From the NCBI GenBank assembly GCA_018970765.1, contig JAGWVT010000005.1:28867-52866 (forward strand): DNA of 24,000 nt, written 5' to 3'. Positions 9,192 through 18,226 of this stretch are shown one piece after another. The translations under genes and the position numbers were made by a program. The notes under the pieces were generated by a model. That model saw nothing but the letters and a program-made list of their open reading frames with translations, had not been told where the DNA came from and ran no database searches. This stretch comes from Actinomycetales bacterium (lineage in GTDB: Bacteria; Actinomycetota; Actinomycetes; S36-B12). Within the stretch, counting starts at the first letter, position 1. Each line of letters starts with the position of its first letter.

Positions 9192-11759
9192 GTGCCTGAT
9201 GACGTAACCCCAGTTGAAGGGGAGGTCGATGGCCACGAACTTGTGATGAGTCCATTGGGACACGGACGCATCGAGCCCGTTGATCTCCAGACGGAGATGC
9301 AGCGGTCGTACCTCGACTACTCCATGTCAGTCATCGTTTCGCGGGCGTTGCCTGATGTTCGTGACGGCCTTAAGCCCGTTCATCGCCGTGTCCTTTACGC
9401 CATGTATGACGGGGGATACCGACCTGACCGTAACTTTTCTAAGTCAGCGCGAGTTGTCGGTGACGTCATGGGCAACTATCACCCCCACGGTGACACTGCC
9501 ATCTATGACGCACTCGTTCGTCTGGCCCAACCCTGGTCATTGCGGTACCCACTTGTGCAAGGCCAAGGAAACTTCGGATCACCAGGCAACGATCCCCCAG
9601 CGGCCCAGCGCTATACCGAATGCCGTATGGCATCGCTGGCCATGGAAATGGTGCGCGATATCGACGAGGAAACCGTCGACTTCGGCCCGAACTATGACGG
9701 CCGCACGGCCGAACCGCTGGTACTACCCAGTCGTTTTCCGAACCTCTTGGTCAACGGCAGCTCAGGTATCGCCGTGGGTATGGCGACGAATATTCCTCCA
9801 CACAATCTGCGGGAGGTAGCTGCCGCTGCCCGTTGGGTGCTCGAGCATCCGGATGCCGAACGCGAGGAGCGTCTCGAAGCGCTGCTTGGTCTCGTGAAGG
9901 GCCCTGACTTTCCAACGGGCGCGAGCATCGTCGGGCGCAAGGGAATCGAGGACGCATATCGCACTGGGCGCGGATCGATCACCATGCGTGCTTCGATCAC
10001 CGTCGAAGAGGATGCACGAGGACGCCAGGTCCTCACCGTCACTGAACTGCCGTATCAAGTCAACCCCGACAATTTGCTGCTGCGCATCGCGGAACTTGTT
10101 GGTGAGGGCAAACTCACTGGAATTGCCGATATTCGCGATGACTCGTCTTCACGGACGGGTATGCGTCTGGTCATCGAACTTAAACGTGATGCAGTCGCGA
10201 AGGTTGTGTTGAATCAGCTCTACCGACATACCCAACTCCAAGACAACTTCGGTGCCAACATGCTGGCACTAGTCGACGGAGTACCGCGGACCTTGACCCT
10301 TGAGCAGTTCATCCGTTTCTGGGTCGCTCATCAGCTTGAGGTCATCCAGCGACGGACGCAGTACCGACTCCGGAAGGCCGAGGAGCGCGCGCACATCCTG
10401 CGCGGCTACCTGAAGGCCCTAGATGCCTTGGACGATGTGATCGCGCTCATTCGGCGGTCTCAGACGGTTGAGGATGCTCGCACCGGATTGATGTCGCTGC
10501 TTGATATAGACGAGATTCAGGCCACTGCGATTCTGGATATGCAGCTGCGTCGTTTGGCGGCCCTTGAGCGACAGAAGATCATCGATGAGTTCGATGAGCT
10601 CATGGCAAGGATCACCGACTACCAGGACATCCTTGGGTCACCGGAACGCCAACGCAGCATCATCGCGGACGAACTTGCGGAAATCACGGAGCGCTATGGC
10701 GATGAACGGCGCACAGGCTTCATCTCTGAGGAAGGTGACCTCTCCGAAGAGGACCTCATCGCGGATGAAACGATGGTTGTGACCATCACGTCTGGTGGCT
10801 ATGTGAAGCGCACCAAAGCCGACTCATATCGCGCTCAACGCCGTGGCGGACGGGGAGTACGAGGTGCAGCCCTTCGCCAAGACGACGTGGTTGAGCACCT
10901 CTTCGTAGCAAGCACTCATCAGTGGATTCTGTTCTTCACCAACAAAGGTCGGGTTTATCGAGCTAAGTCATACCAACTTCCGGAAACGGCACGCGACGCC
11001 CGGGGTCAGCACGTGGCGAATCTCTTGGCTTTCCAGCCCGATGAGGGAATTGCCACGGTCTTGTCACTACCCGCTTACAACCCAGATCAGAGTTTGGTGA
11101 TTGCAACACGACGCGGCATGGTGAAGAAGACTCGACTACCTGAGTACGACACGAATCGCACTGGCGGCATCATCGCCATAAACCTCGCCGACGAGGACGA
11201 AGTAATCGCTGCGCGGTTGGTGGCCGACAACGATGACCTGTTGTTGGTCTCACGGAAGGGCATGAGCGCAAGGTTCTCTGCTGGCGACGGGAGCCTACGG
11301 CCGATGGGACGGGCAACGAGTGGGGTCATCGGTATGCGTTTCAGGGGGGATGACGCGCTTCTAGCCATGGAGGTCATCCAGCCTGATTCAGCAGTGGTCA
11401 CCGTCACCGACGGCGGATTCGCCAAGCGCACCCCGGAGCAGGAGTGGGTACCTAAAGGCCGCGGTGGATTGGGTGTGCGCGCCATGCGGCTCGTAGAGGA
11501 CCGAGGATCGCTGGTCGGTGCAGTCGTTTGCTCACCAGAGGATCAACTCTTCGCGATTACCTCGAATGGCGTCGTGATCCGTACCCGAGTCAGCGAGATA
11601 CGTCCGTCCGGACGTGACACCATGGGTGTTCGGTTAATGAACCTGCCCGATCAAGACAGCGTTGTGGTCGTCACGAAGGCCGCGGACGAAGAGACGGCAG
11701 TGGAGGTTGAACAAGGAGACGGGCAGGTGGACGGGCAGGTGGAAGGGGCTCTTACGTGA
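9192..11759 (+). CDS. gyrA: DNA gyrase subunit A
   Basis: 855 aa, GTG start with AAGGAG SD; [40 protein letters not shown] catalytic Tyr region, GyrA-box-like QRRGGRG. Confidence 0.99.
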   Translation: MPDDVTPVEGEVDGHELVMSPLGHGRIEPVDLQTEMQRSYLDYSMSVIVSRALPDVRDGLKPVHRRVLYAMYDGGYRPDRNFSKSARVVGDVMGNYHPHGDTAIYDALVRLAQPWSLRYPLVQGQGNFGSPGNDPPAAQRYTECRMASLAMEMVRDIDEETVDFGPNYDGRTAEPLVLPSRFPNLLVNGSSGIAVGMATNIPPHNLREVAAAARWVLEHPDAEREERLEALLGLVKGPDFPTGASIVGRKGIEDAYRTGRGSITMRASITVEEDARGRQVLTVTELPYQVNPDNLLLRIAELVGEGKLTGIADIRDDSSSRTGMRLVIELKRDAVAKVVLNQLYRHTQLQDNFGANMLALVDGVPRTLTLEQFIRFWVAHQLEVIQRRTQYRLRKAEERAHILRGYLKALDALDDVIALIRRSQTVEDARTGLMSLLDIDEIQATAILDMQLRRLAALERQKIIDEFDELMARITDYQDILGSPERQRSIIADELAEITERYGDERRTGFISEEGDLSEEDLIADETMVVTITSGGYVKRTKADSYRAQRRGGRGVRGAALRQDDVVEHLFVASTHQWILFFTNKGRVYRAKSYQLPETARDARGQHVANLLAFQPDEGIATVLSLPAYNPDQSLVIATRRGMVKKTRLPEYDTNRTGGIIAINLADEDEVIAARLVADNDDLLLVSRKGMSARFSAGDGSLRPMGRATSGVIGMRFRGDDALLAMEVIQPDSAVVTVTDGGFAKRTPEQEWVPKGRGGLGVRAMRLVEDRGSLVGAVVCSPEDQLFAITSNGVVIRTRVSEIRPSGRDTMGVRLMNLPDQDSVVVVTKAADEETAVEVEQGDGQVDGQVEGALT

Positions 11760-12142
11760 GCGTCGATGTGCAGTCGCGGCACGCTCGACTGTTCATCTCA
11801 CGCGTTGACCCTTGGTCAGTAGCCAAGGCAGCCTTCATGATGTCGCTCGGTGTTGCCGTGATCATTGTGGTGGCCATTAGTGCCCTGTGGTTTGTGCTGG
11901 ACTTCACTGGTGTCTTCGTGACGGTGACCCGTAACCTCAATGAAGTCGTTGGCAGTGCTGCCTCAAACGTCGACCTCATGAATCTGCTGGATTTCACGCG
12001 TGTGCTCGGCATCGCAGTCATCATTGGGGCGCTTGAGGTCATCCTCGTTTCACTACTGGCGGCCATCTTCGCGGTGATGTACAACCTGACTGTCGGTCTG
12101 ACCGGGGGCGTAGAAGTAGTCCTCACAGACGTGATCAACTGA
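11756..12142 (+). CDS. DUF3566 domain-containing transmembrane protein
   Basis: 128 aa; [48 protein letters not shown]... ; GTG start overlaps the gyrA stop by 4 nt (GTGA); canonical position after gyrA. Confidence 0.9.
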   Translation: MSVDVQSRHARLFISRVDPWSVAKAAFMMSLGVAVIIVVAISALWFVLDFTGVFVTVTRNLNEVVGSAASNVDLMNLLDFTRVLGIAVIIGALEVILVSLLAAIFAVMYNLTVGLTGGVEVVLTDVIN

Positions 12143-12222
12143 CCACACGAGGTAATGAGGGGCCCCGGTTCACCGGACACAGCCCTCGTGGCGGAAGTCA
12201 GATCCGGTAGTCTTCACCGCAC

Positions 12223-12297
12223 GGGCCTATAGCTCAGCTTGGTTAGAGCGCTTCCCTGATAAGGAAGAGGCCGGTGGTTCAAGTCCACCTAGGCCCA
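12223..12297 (+). tRNA. tRNA-Ile (anticodon GAT)
   Basis: GGGCCTA/TAGGCCC acceptor pair, D-arm GCTC...GAGC, anticodon stem-loop CTTCC-CTGATAA-GGAAG, T-arm GGTGG-TTCAAGT-CCACC; CCA not encoded. Confidence 0.97.
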
Positions 12298-12353
12298 CTC
12301 GAGCCAATTAGGCGCATACCCCTTCGCCAAGATCCGTCGGGTATCGTGACGCC

Positions 12354-12479
12354 GTGAAGAAGTTGTTGATCCTGGGGATCGTGGCCGGTGTTGGCTACGT
12401 CATCTACCGGCAGGTCATGGCAAACCGAGCTGAGCAGGACCTATGGTCCGAGGCGACGGCCGAACCTGATCTGCGGTGA
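12354..12479 (+). CDS. DLW-39 family small protein
   Basis: GTG-initiated 41 aa MKKLLILGIVAGVGYVIYRQVMANRAEQDLWSEATAEPDLR with a Lys/hydrophobic N-terminal helix and the conserved DLWxEAT motif, located between tRNA-Ile and tRNA-Ala. Below the track's length cut-off. Confidence 0.85.
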   Translation: MKKLLILGIVAGVGYVIYRQVMANRAEQDLWSEATAEPDLR

Positions 12480-12483
12480 CCCT

Positions 12484-12556
12484 GGGGGCTTAGCTCAGTT
12501 GGTAGAGCGCTGCCTTTGCAAGGCAGAAGTCAGGGGTTCGAGTCCCCTAGCCTCCA
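12484..12556 (+). tRNA. tRNA-Ala (anticodon TGC)
   Basis: Acceptor GGGGGCT/AGCCTCC (one G-T wobble), anticodon stem-loop CTGCC-TTTGCAA-GGCAG, T-arm AGGGG-TTCGAGT-CCCCT; CCA not encoded. Confidence 0.97.
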
Positions 12557-12622
12557 CAATGTGATCGCTGCCTCGGCAGGGCATCAGGAACCCGAATTTG
12601 TCCGACATCAACACACTCGCGA

Positions 12623-13201
12623 TTGGACTCATCCGTGGCCGGAACAACTGACAGCAATGCAGGGCACCGACTCACTTCACTCAACGCGGTGATCCACACC
12701 ACTAAGGGCGACATTGACATCATCTTGTTTCCCGACCACGCACCCAAAACGGTGCGCAACTTTACGGGTCTGGCAGAGGGCAACCAAGAATGGACGGATC
12801 CAAAGGCTCGCACCAAGACAACGCGTGCGCTCTATGACGGCACAATCTTTCACCGAGTGATCCCCGGCTTCATGATTCAGGGCGGTGACCCACTCGGCAC
12901 CGGTACCGGCGGACCGGGGTATCGGTTCGCTGACGAATTTCACCCTGAACTCACGTTCGACCGTCCGTACCTGCTGGCCATGGCTAATGCCGGCCCCGGA
13001 ACCAATGGCTCGCAATTCTTCATCACCGTTGCACCAACTGCTTGGTTGAACTTCAAGCACACGATCTTCGGCGAGGTAGCAAACCAACAGTCACGTGATG
13101 TGGTTGATGTCATCGCCGGTGTGCCCACGGCCGCACAGGACCGTCCCGTCGACGAGGTCATGATCACCTCGATCGACGTACACCGTGTAGCTGGTGACTG
13201 A
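12623..13201 (+). CDS. Peptidyl-prolyl cis-trans isomerase, cyclophilin type
   Basis: 192 aa; [28 protein letters not shown]...[36 protein letters not shown]...[19 protein letters not shown]. The start is uncertain (TTG 12623, or an in-frame GTG near 12689). Confidence 0.96.
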   Translation: MDSSVAGTTDSNAGHRLTSLNAVIHTTKGDIDIILFPDHAPKTVRNFTGLAEGNQEWTDPKARTKTTRALYDGTIFHRVIPGFMIQGGDPLGTGTGGPGYRFADEFHPELTFDRPYLLAMANAGPGTNGSQFFITVAPTAWLNFKHTIFGEVANQQSRDVVDVIAGVPTAAQDRPVDEVMITSIDVHRVAGD

Positions 13202-14048
13202 ACAACCACCCAGCGCCGCGCCGACGGCGCAGCCCTGCCCGGTACACCCGGACCGGCTGACCCTGATCAACTGCACACGATGTGGGCGCCCCATTTGCCC
13301 TGACTGCATGGTGGCTGCACCTGTCGGTTTCCAATGCCCTGAATGTGTCCGTGGAGCGGCGGCAACGACTCGAACCGCGGTGACAGTTGCGGGCGGCGTT
13401 CCAATAACCCGTCCCGTTGTCACGTTCATCTTGATCGGGCTCAACCTCACGATCTTCGGATTACAGTTCCTTGCCGGCATTAACGAAGTCGCTGGCAGTT
13501 TCGGAATGTGGCCGGTCTCTATCGCGCTAGAAAATTCATGGTTCCGTCTACTCACCAGCGCGTTTCTCCATGGCTCAATCCTGCACATTGCTTTCAACAT
13601 GTACGTGCTGTTTGCCCTGGGACCAACCCTGGAACGCATCCTTGGTCACGTCAGGTTCATCGTGCTCTACCTCGTGGCAGCAGTTGGCGGTTCAGTGGTC
13701 TCCTACGCACTGTCTGATCCACAAACTGTGTCCGTTGGTGCAAGTGGCGCGATCTTTGGACTCATGGGCGCACTTGTCGTGGCTGGTCGCCGCTTGCGAT
13801 ACGACATCCGCCAGGTGATCATCCTGCTGGTTATCAATGTGGTGATCGGTTTCCTGGCGCCAGGTGTGGATTGGAAGGCCCATCTCGGTGGATTGGTGAC
13901 GGGCGCGGCGATGGCGGCCGTACTGGTCTGGATGCCAAGGAAGAATCGGCTGCTCTGGCAGGTCCTTGGCACCGCTGCGATCCTGCTTCTTCTTGTCGCT
14001 GTCACCCTCTGGCGAACAACGCAACTGCGTGACATGCTCATTACGTGA
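13194..14048 (+). CDS. Rhomboid family intramembrane serine protease with N-terminal zinc-binding region
   Basis: 284 aa; N-terminal CPVH...[13 protein letters not shown]...CPECV Cys/His cluster, then rhomboid core with [18 protein letters not shown], catalytic [13 protein letters not shown] and [10 protein letters not shown]. Confidence 0.95.
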   Translation: MTEQPPSAAPTAQPCPVHPDRLTLINCTRCGRPICPDCMVAAPVGFQCPECVRGAAATTRTAVTVAGGVPITRPVVTFILIGLNLTIFGLQFLAGINEVAGSFGMWPVSIALENSWFRLLTSAFLHGSILHIAFNMYVLFALGPTLERILGHVRFIVLYLVAAVGGSVVSYALSDPQTVSVGASGAIFGLMGALVVAGRRLRYDIRQVIILLVINVVIGFLAPGVDWKAHLGGLVTGAAMAAVLVWMPRKNRLLWQVLGTAAILLLLVAVTLWRTTQLRDMLIT

Positions 14049-15214
14049 GTCATTTACGTGACGCGGTGATCGTTGGCGCGGTGCGAACGCCGGTGGGTAT
14101 CGGTAAACCGGGCAAGGGCGCCTTCGCTGGAATTCATCCAGTGGATCTATCGGCCAAAGTACTCAGCGGTCTCATGGACCGAACCGGCGTTGAGGCAACC
14201 CAAATTGACGATGTCATCTGGGGGTGTGTTTCGCAGGTCGGTGAGCAGTCCGCAAACGTGGCACGTAATGCGGCACTGGCTGCCGGTTTACCGGAACAAG
14301 TCCCTGGCGTCACCGTCGATCGGCAGTGCGGCTCTAGTCAGCAGGCAGTCCACTTTGCTGCCTCTTCGGTCATCGCTGGCCACATGGATGTCGTCATTGC
14401 AGGTGGGGTCGAGTCCATGTCGCGGGTGCCGATGTTCTCCAATGCAGCTGGGGGAGACGGCCCCTTTGGCCCAATGATGCTGGAGCGCTACCAAGGCCGC
14501 CTCGTACCGCAGGGTTTGAGTGCCGAGATGATCGCCCAGCAGTGGGGTCTTACTCGACAGGTTTTGGATGAGATCGCCTGCGCCTCGCACCAGCGCGCCG
14601 CCGAAGCATCACGTGAGGGTGCCTTCCACGATGAGATCCTCCCCATCGGTAACGGTGCATCCCTGGTGGCGACAGACCAAGGCATCCGGCCAGACACCTC
14701 AATGGAGGGGCTGTCCGCACTCAAGCCGGCATTCATCCCTGACGGCGTAGTCACGGCAGGCAATGCCTCACAGATCTCCGATGGTGCCGCCGCACTCTTG
14801 ATTACGACCAGCCAACGGGCAACAGAACTTGGTTTGCGCCCACTTGCCCGCATTCACAGCGTGGCGATGGCTGGGGTTGACCCAGTGATCATGCTGACCG
14901 GGCCGATACCGGCGACCGCGAAAGTCCTGCAGCGGGCCGGCCTTTCATTGGCGGATATTGGAGCCTTCGAAATCAATGAAGCCTTCGCGAGCGTCATCGG
15001 CGCTTGGCTTGCCGAGACAGGCGCAGACCCTGCGCTTGTGAACCCAACGGGTGGTGCCATCGCCCTAGGGCACCCACTCGGCGCCTCTGGAGCACGCCTC
15101 ATGACGACACTGGTCCACGGTCTGCAGCGCACCGGGGCGCGCTATGGCCTGCAGGCCATGTGCGAGGGCGGCGGGATGGCCAACGCGACGATCCTGGAGC
15201 GCCTGGACCCCTAG
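14045..15214 (+). CDS. Thiolase family protein (acetyl-CoA C-acyltransferase)
   Basis: 389 aa; nucleophile VDRQCGSSQQAVHFAAS, INEAFAS, ALGHPLGASGARLMTTL and C-terminal MCEGGGMANATILERL are thiolase motifs. GTG start overlaps the rhomboid stop by 4 nt. Confidence 0.96.
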   Translation: MSHLRDAVIVGAVRTPVGIGKPGKGAFAGIHPVDLSAKVLSGLMDRTGVEATQIDDVIWGCVSQVGEQSANVARNAALAAGLPEQVPGVTVDRQCGSSQQAVHFAASSVIAGHMDVVIAGGVESMSRVPMFSNAAGGDGPFGPMMLERYQGRLVPQGLSAEMIAQQWGLTRQVLDEIACASHQRAAEASREGAFHDEILPIGNGASLVATDQGIRPDTSMEGLSALKPAFIPDGVVTAGNASQISDGAAALLITTSQRATELGLRPLARIHSVAMAGVDPVIMLTGPIPATAKVLQRAGLSLADIGAFEINEAFASVIGAWLAETGADPALVNPTGGAIALGHPLGASGARLMTTLVHGLQRTGARYGLQAMCEGGGMANATILERLDP

Positions 15215-15284
15215 TTGAAAACCCGCGCGAGCGTGGGGCGGATGGTGGATGTGGGACCTGGAGTGAAGAACGTGTTCGTTGAAT

Positions 15285-15293
15285 TGTGGACAA
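15285..15293 (-). promoter_or_regulatory. DnaA box-like 9-mer outside oriC
   Basis: TGTGGACAA (reverse complement TTGTCCACA) in the thiolase-crgA intergenic region. Confidence 0.45.
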
Positions 15294-15297
15294 ACTG

Positions 15298-15315
15298 AGC
15301 CTGTTTCCACAGGCT
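15298..15315. terminator. Hairpin in the convergent thiolase/crgA intergenic region, possible terminator
   Basis: AGCCTGT-TTCC-ACAGGCT, 7-bp perfect stem, followed by CCCC-AGGT-GGGG (15318-15329). No U-tract. Confidence 0.4.
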
Positions 15316-15370
15316 ATCCCCAGGTGGGGAAAACTACACGCTTGTGATTCGTTGCCCCAAGTGTGCTGGG

Positions 15371-15637
15371 CTAGCGCCAACGGGTGGCGAGCACAAACCC
15401 CACGATGATGAACCCGAATCCAATCGCGACATTAATCAGCGGACTTAGATCCTTCATCCCCGGAATCTGGCTACCTGCGATATAGAACACGACGATGTAC
15501 AACATCCCGAGCACGAAGCAAGCAACCATGGTCGGTGCCAGCCAACTTGGTGAGCCGATGCGCGCAACCTTGCGCTCCCCGATCCCTGAGGGACCCTGGA
15601 AGCCCACCTCACGCTTGCGCCTTTTGGACTCAGGCAT
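15371..15637 (-). CDS. crgA: Cell division protein CrgA
   Basis: 88 aa; PSWLAPTMVACFVLGMLYIVVFYIAG...LSPLINVAIGFGFIIVGFVLATRWR; two TM helices; GGAGG SD upstream. Confidence 0.95.
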   Translation of the reverse strand: MPESKRRKREVGFQGPSGIGERKVARIGSPSWLAPTMVACFVLGMLYIVVFYIAGSQIPGMKDLSPLINVAIGFGFIIVGFVLATRWR

Positions 15638-15778
15638 GGTCCCTCCTTCGTGAAGACATCTATCCGATGTAAGTAACAGGCCGATCCCTCGCTGCTCCGC
15701 AATCGAGCACCGCTCTGCTCGAGGTGCTAAAAGTGCTCATCGCACAATACCGGGCCGGGGTGCACCGATACCCCCAAG

Positions 15779-16432
15779 ATGACGCACAATGGCATGGCTA
15801 TGACCCGGGTTCTAGTGATCGACAATCGAGACTCATTCGTTCACAACCTGGTGGACTACCTGCGGCAACTGAATGCCGAGGTCGATGTCGTTGATGGCAC
15901 CGTTGACCTGCCTGCACAGGTGCTCCAATCCGTCACCAAGGCACCCTTTAGGTACGACGGAGTGCTGCTGTCGCCCGGACCCGGCACCCCTGAGGCCGCC
16001 GTGGTCAGTAGGCAAATTGCGATGGGGGCAAGTCTGCCGCTTCTCGGTGTCTGCCTCGGCCATCAAGTAGTCGCAGTTGCGTTTGGAGGCAGCGTCGGGA
16101 ATGCCCCAGTGTTGGTGCACGGGAGGGCTTCAAAGGTTCACCATGACGGGGGTGGAATCTTCGAGGGTTTACCGAGCCCGCTCGCAGCCGGGCGCTACCA
16201 CTCCCTGGCAGTTGACCCAACAAGAATTCCGACCGCACTGGAAGTCTCTGCCCGGACACCCGACGGGATCGTCATGGGACTTCGCCATCGAAGTCGACCT
16301 ATCGAGAGTGTGCAGTTCCACCCGGAATCGATTCTGACGGAGCACGGACACACCATGCTTCGCAATTGGCTGGACATGGTGGAGCGTTACGCAGAGTCCC
16401 AGGAAGTCCTAGGAAGTCCTAGGCAGTCTTAG
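15779..16432 (+). CDS. pabA: Glutamine amidotransferase, aminodeoxychorismate/anthranilate synthase component II
   Basis: 217 aa; VLVIDNRDSFVHNLVDYLRQL, SPGPGTPEAA, LGVCLGHQVVAVAFGG (catalytic Cys), SVQFHPESILTEHG. The start may be an internal ATG at 15791 or 15797. Confidence 0.92.
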   Translation: MTHNGMAMTRVLVIDNRDSFVHNLVDYLRQLNAEVDVVDGTVDLPAQVLQSVTKAPFRYDGVLLSPGPGTPEAAVVSRQIAMGASLPLLGVCLGHQVVAVAFGGSVGNAPVLVHGRASKVHHDGGGIFEGLPSPLAAGRYHSLAVDPTRIPTALEVSARTPDGIVMGLRHRSRPIESVQFHPESILTEHGHTMLRNWLDMVERYAESQEVLGSPRQS

Positions 16433-16434
16433 GG
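16395..16434. repeat. Four imperfect tandem copies of a 10-bp unit
   Basis: AGTCCCAGGA-AGTCCTAGGA-AGTCCTAGGC-AGTCTTAGGG, spanning the last codons of pabA and the last codons of pknB. Confidence 0.8.
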
Positions 16435-18219
16435 AGTGGGTGCTGGCTCGGTAGGTGCCGGTTGAGTTGGCGGCGCTTCCGTGGGGCCAAAGGTGGGCGG
16501 TGCTTCCGTCGGGACATTGCTGGGCACGACTGAGGCCACGGCAGTGGTGATCGTCACCACCGAGCCACGAGGCAGCACAGAGCCTGCTTCGGGTGCTTGG
16601 GCCAGCACAGTGCCGGCTGCCGCGGAGCCGTCCTCTTGCTCGACGACCTGGACCTGGAAGCCAGCTTGCGTCAGGTCTGACAGCGCCTGTGCCTGGTCGA
16701 AGCCAACAACGTCAGGCACCTTCACCTGACCCGAGGCAACCGTGATCGAAACCTGTGATCCGACGGGAACTTGCGTGCCGTCACTGGGATCCTGGTCGAG
16801 CACGTAGCCGGCAGGTTGGCCAGAACTTCGTTCCTTGATCGTGCCGAGCACGAGATTGGCGTCCTCCAAGGCCACCCGCGCCGCTTCCACTGAGGTGAGG
16901 CCAACCAGATCGGGGACGGTGGACTCTTCCAAGCCGGTGCTGATCGTGACGTTGACAGCCTGACCCAGTTCGAGGAGTTCACCTGCTGCGGGCTGCTGAG
17001 CGATGATCGTGCCGCTTGGGCGTTCGGAGAATTGCGGTGTCTGAGCGCCAAGGGTGAGCTGGAAGTCACCGAGCTCGGTCTGAGCCTGTTCGATGGTGAG
17101 CCCGTCCAGATTCGGCACCTGCACGCGGTTTCCGGAGGTGTCACCGAAAAGGAAACGCCCGATGAGCAGTGTTCCGGCGACTGCTGCAGCGATTGCGACC
17201 AGGCTTACGATCCAGAATCCGACCCCACGGCGCGCTACGGGCGCCTTCCGTGAGCCTCCTTTGCTGCTCCCGGATGCTTCCAAGGGAGTTAGTTGCGCGG
17301 TGCGATCCATGACGACTGCGGGCACAGCCGCGGTGACCTGTCCACCATCCAGCACTCTCTCAATGTCAGCGCGGAATTCAGCAGCTGACTGGTACCGATC
17401 GTCAGGACGCTTAGCAAGTGCATGCAACACGATCGCATCGATCTGCGGTGGAATTCGCGGATCGATCTGTGACGGTGGGGTTGGCATCTCAGAAACATGC
17501 TGGTACGCAATCGCTACCGGGGAATCACCCGTGAAGGGTGGCTGGCCGGTCAGTAACTCGTAGAGCAGGACTCCGGTGGAGTACAGATCACTGCGGGCAT
17601 CGACGATCTCACCGCGAGCTTGTTCGGGTGACAGGTATGCGGCAGTACCCATGACGGCAGAAGCCGTGGTCATCGTCGTACCAGCATCGTTGATGGCACG
17701 GGCGATACCGAAGTCCATGACCTTCACATCCCCGGAGCGGGTGAGCATCACGTTCGCCGGTTTGATATCGCGATGGACAATGCCATGGCGGTGCGCGTAG
17801 TCCAAAGCCGACAGGATGCCGGCGGTTATCTCCAAGGCGCGTTCCGGGAGCAGCCTTCGGCCTCGGGAGAGAAGTTGCCGCAGCGTCATGCCGTCGACGT
17901 ATTCCATGACGATGTACGGGACGATCACAGGTTCGATAGAGCGGTCATCCCCAGAGCCACCCGCCGCAAGTTCGTCTTCGCCGGTGTCGTACACCGCCAC
18001 GATGTTCGGATGATTCAACGCCGCGGCTGACTGCGCTTCACGGCGGAATCGCACCTGGAAAGCTGGATCGCGAGCAAGATCGGCGCGCAGGATCTTGATG
18101 GCGACCCTTCGGCCCAGTCGCAGGTCGCGTCCCTCACGCACCTCAGCCATACCACCACGACCGATCACATCGGTGACCTCGTAGCGATCACCGAGCATTC
18201 GACCTTGGGTGCTGCTCAC
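16429..18219 (-). CDS. pknB: Serine/threonine protein kinase with extracellular PASTA domains
   Basis: 596 aa; GRGGMAEVREGRDLRLGRRVAIKIL, HRDIKPANVMLT, DFGIARAI, one TM segment, then three PASTA repeats (VQVPNLDGLTIEQA, STVPDLVGLTSVEA, VKVPDVVGFDQAQA) and a Pro/Thr-rich tail. Confidence 0.97.
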   Translation of the reverse strand: MSSTQGRMLGDRYEVTDVIGRGGMAEVREGRDLRLGRRVAIKILRADLARDPAFQVRFRREAQSAAALNHPNIVAVYDTGEDELAAGGSGDDRSIEPVIVPYIVMEYVDGMTLRQLLSRGRRLLPERALEITAGILSALDYAHRHGIVHRDIKPANVMLTRSGDVKVMDFGIARAINDAGTTMTTASAVMGTAAYLSPEQARGEIVDARSDLYSTGVLLYELLTGQPPFTGDSPVAIAYQHVSEMPTPPSQIDPRIPPQIDAIVLHALAKRPDDRYQSAAEFRADIERVLDGGQVTAAVPAVVMDRTAQLTPLEASGSSKGGSRKAPVARRGVGFWIVSLVAIAAAVAGTLLIGRFLFGDTSGNRVQVPNLDGLTIEQAQTELGDFQLTLGAQTPQFSERPSGTIIAQQPAAGELLELGQAVNVTISTGLEESTVPDLVGLTSVEAARVALEDANLVLGTIKERSSGQPAGYVLDQDPSDGTQVPVGSQVSITVASGQVKVPDVVGFDQAQALSDLTQAGFQVQVVEQEDGSAAAGTVLAQAPEAGSVLPRGSVVTITTAVASVVPSNVPTEAPPTFGPTEAPPTQPAPTEPAPTP

Positions 18220-18226
18220 GGGGTCA

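Noticed and set aside
12547-12816. 89 aa - strand ORF overlapping tRNA-Ala and the cyclophilin start
   Set aside because: Covers part of the tRNA and the cyclophilin coding region in antisense. No recognisable domain.
13091-13639. 182 aa - strand ORF opposite the rhomboid gene
   Set aside because: Antisense to a confidently coding region. Composition typical of shadow ORFs in GC-rich DNA.
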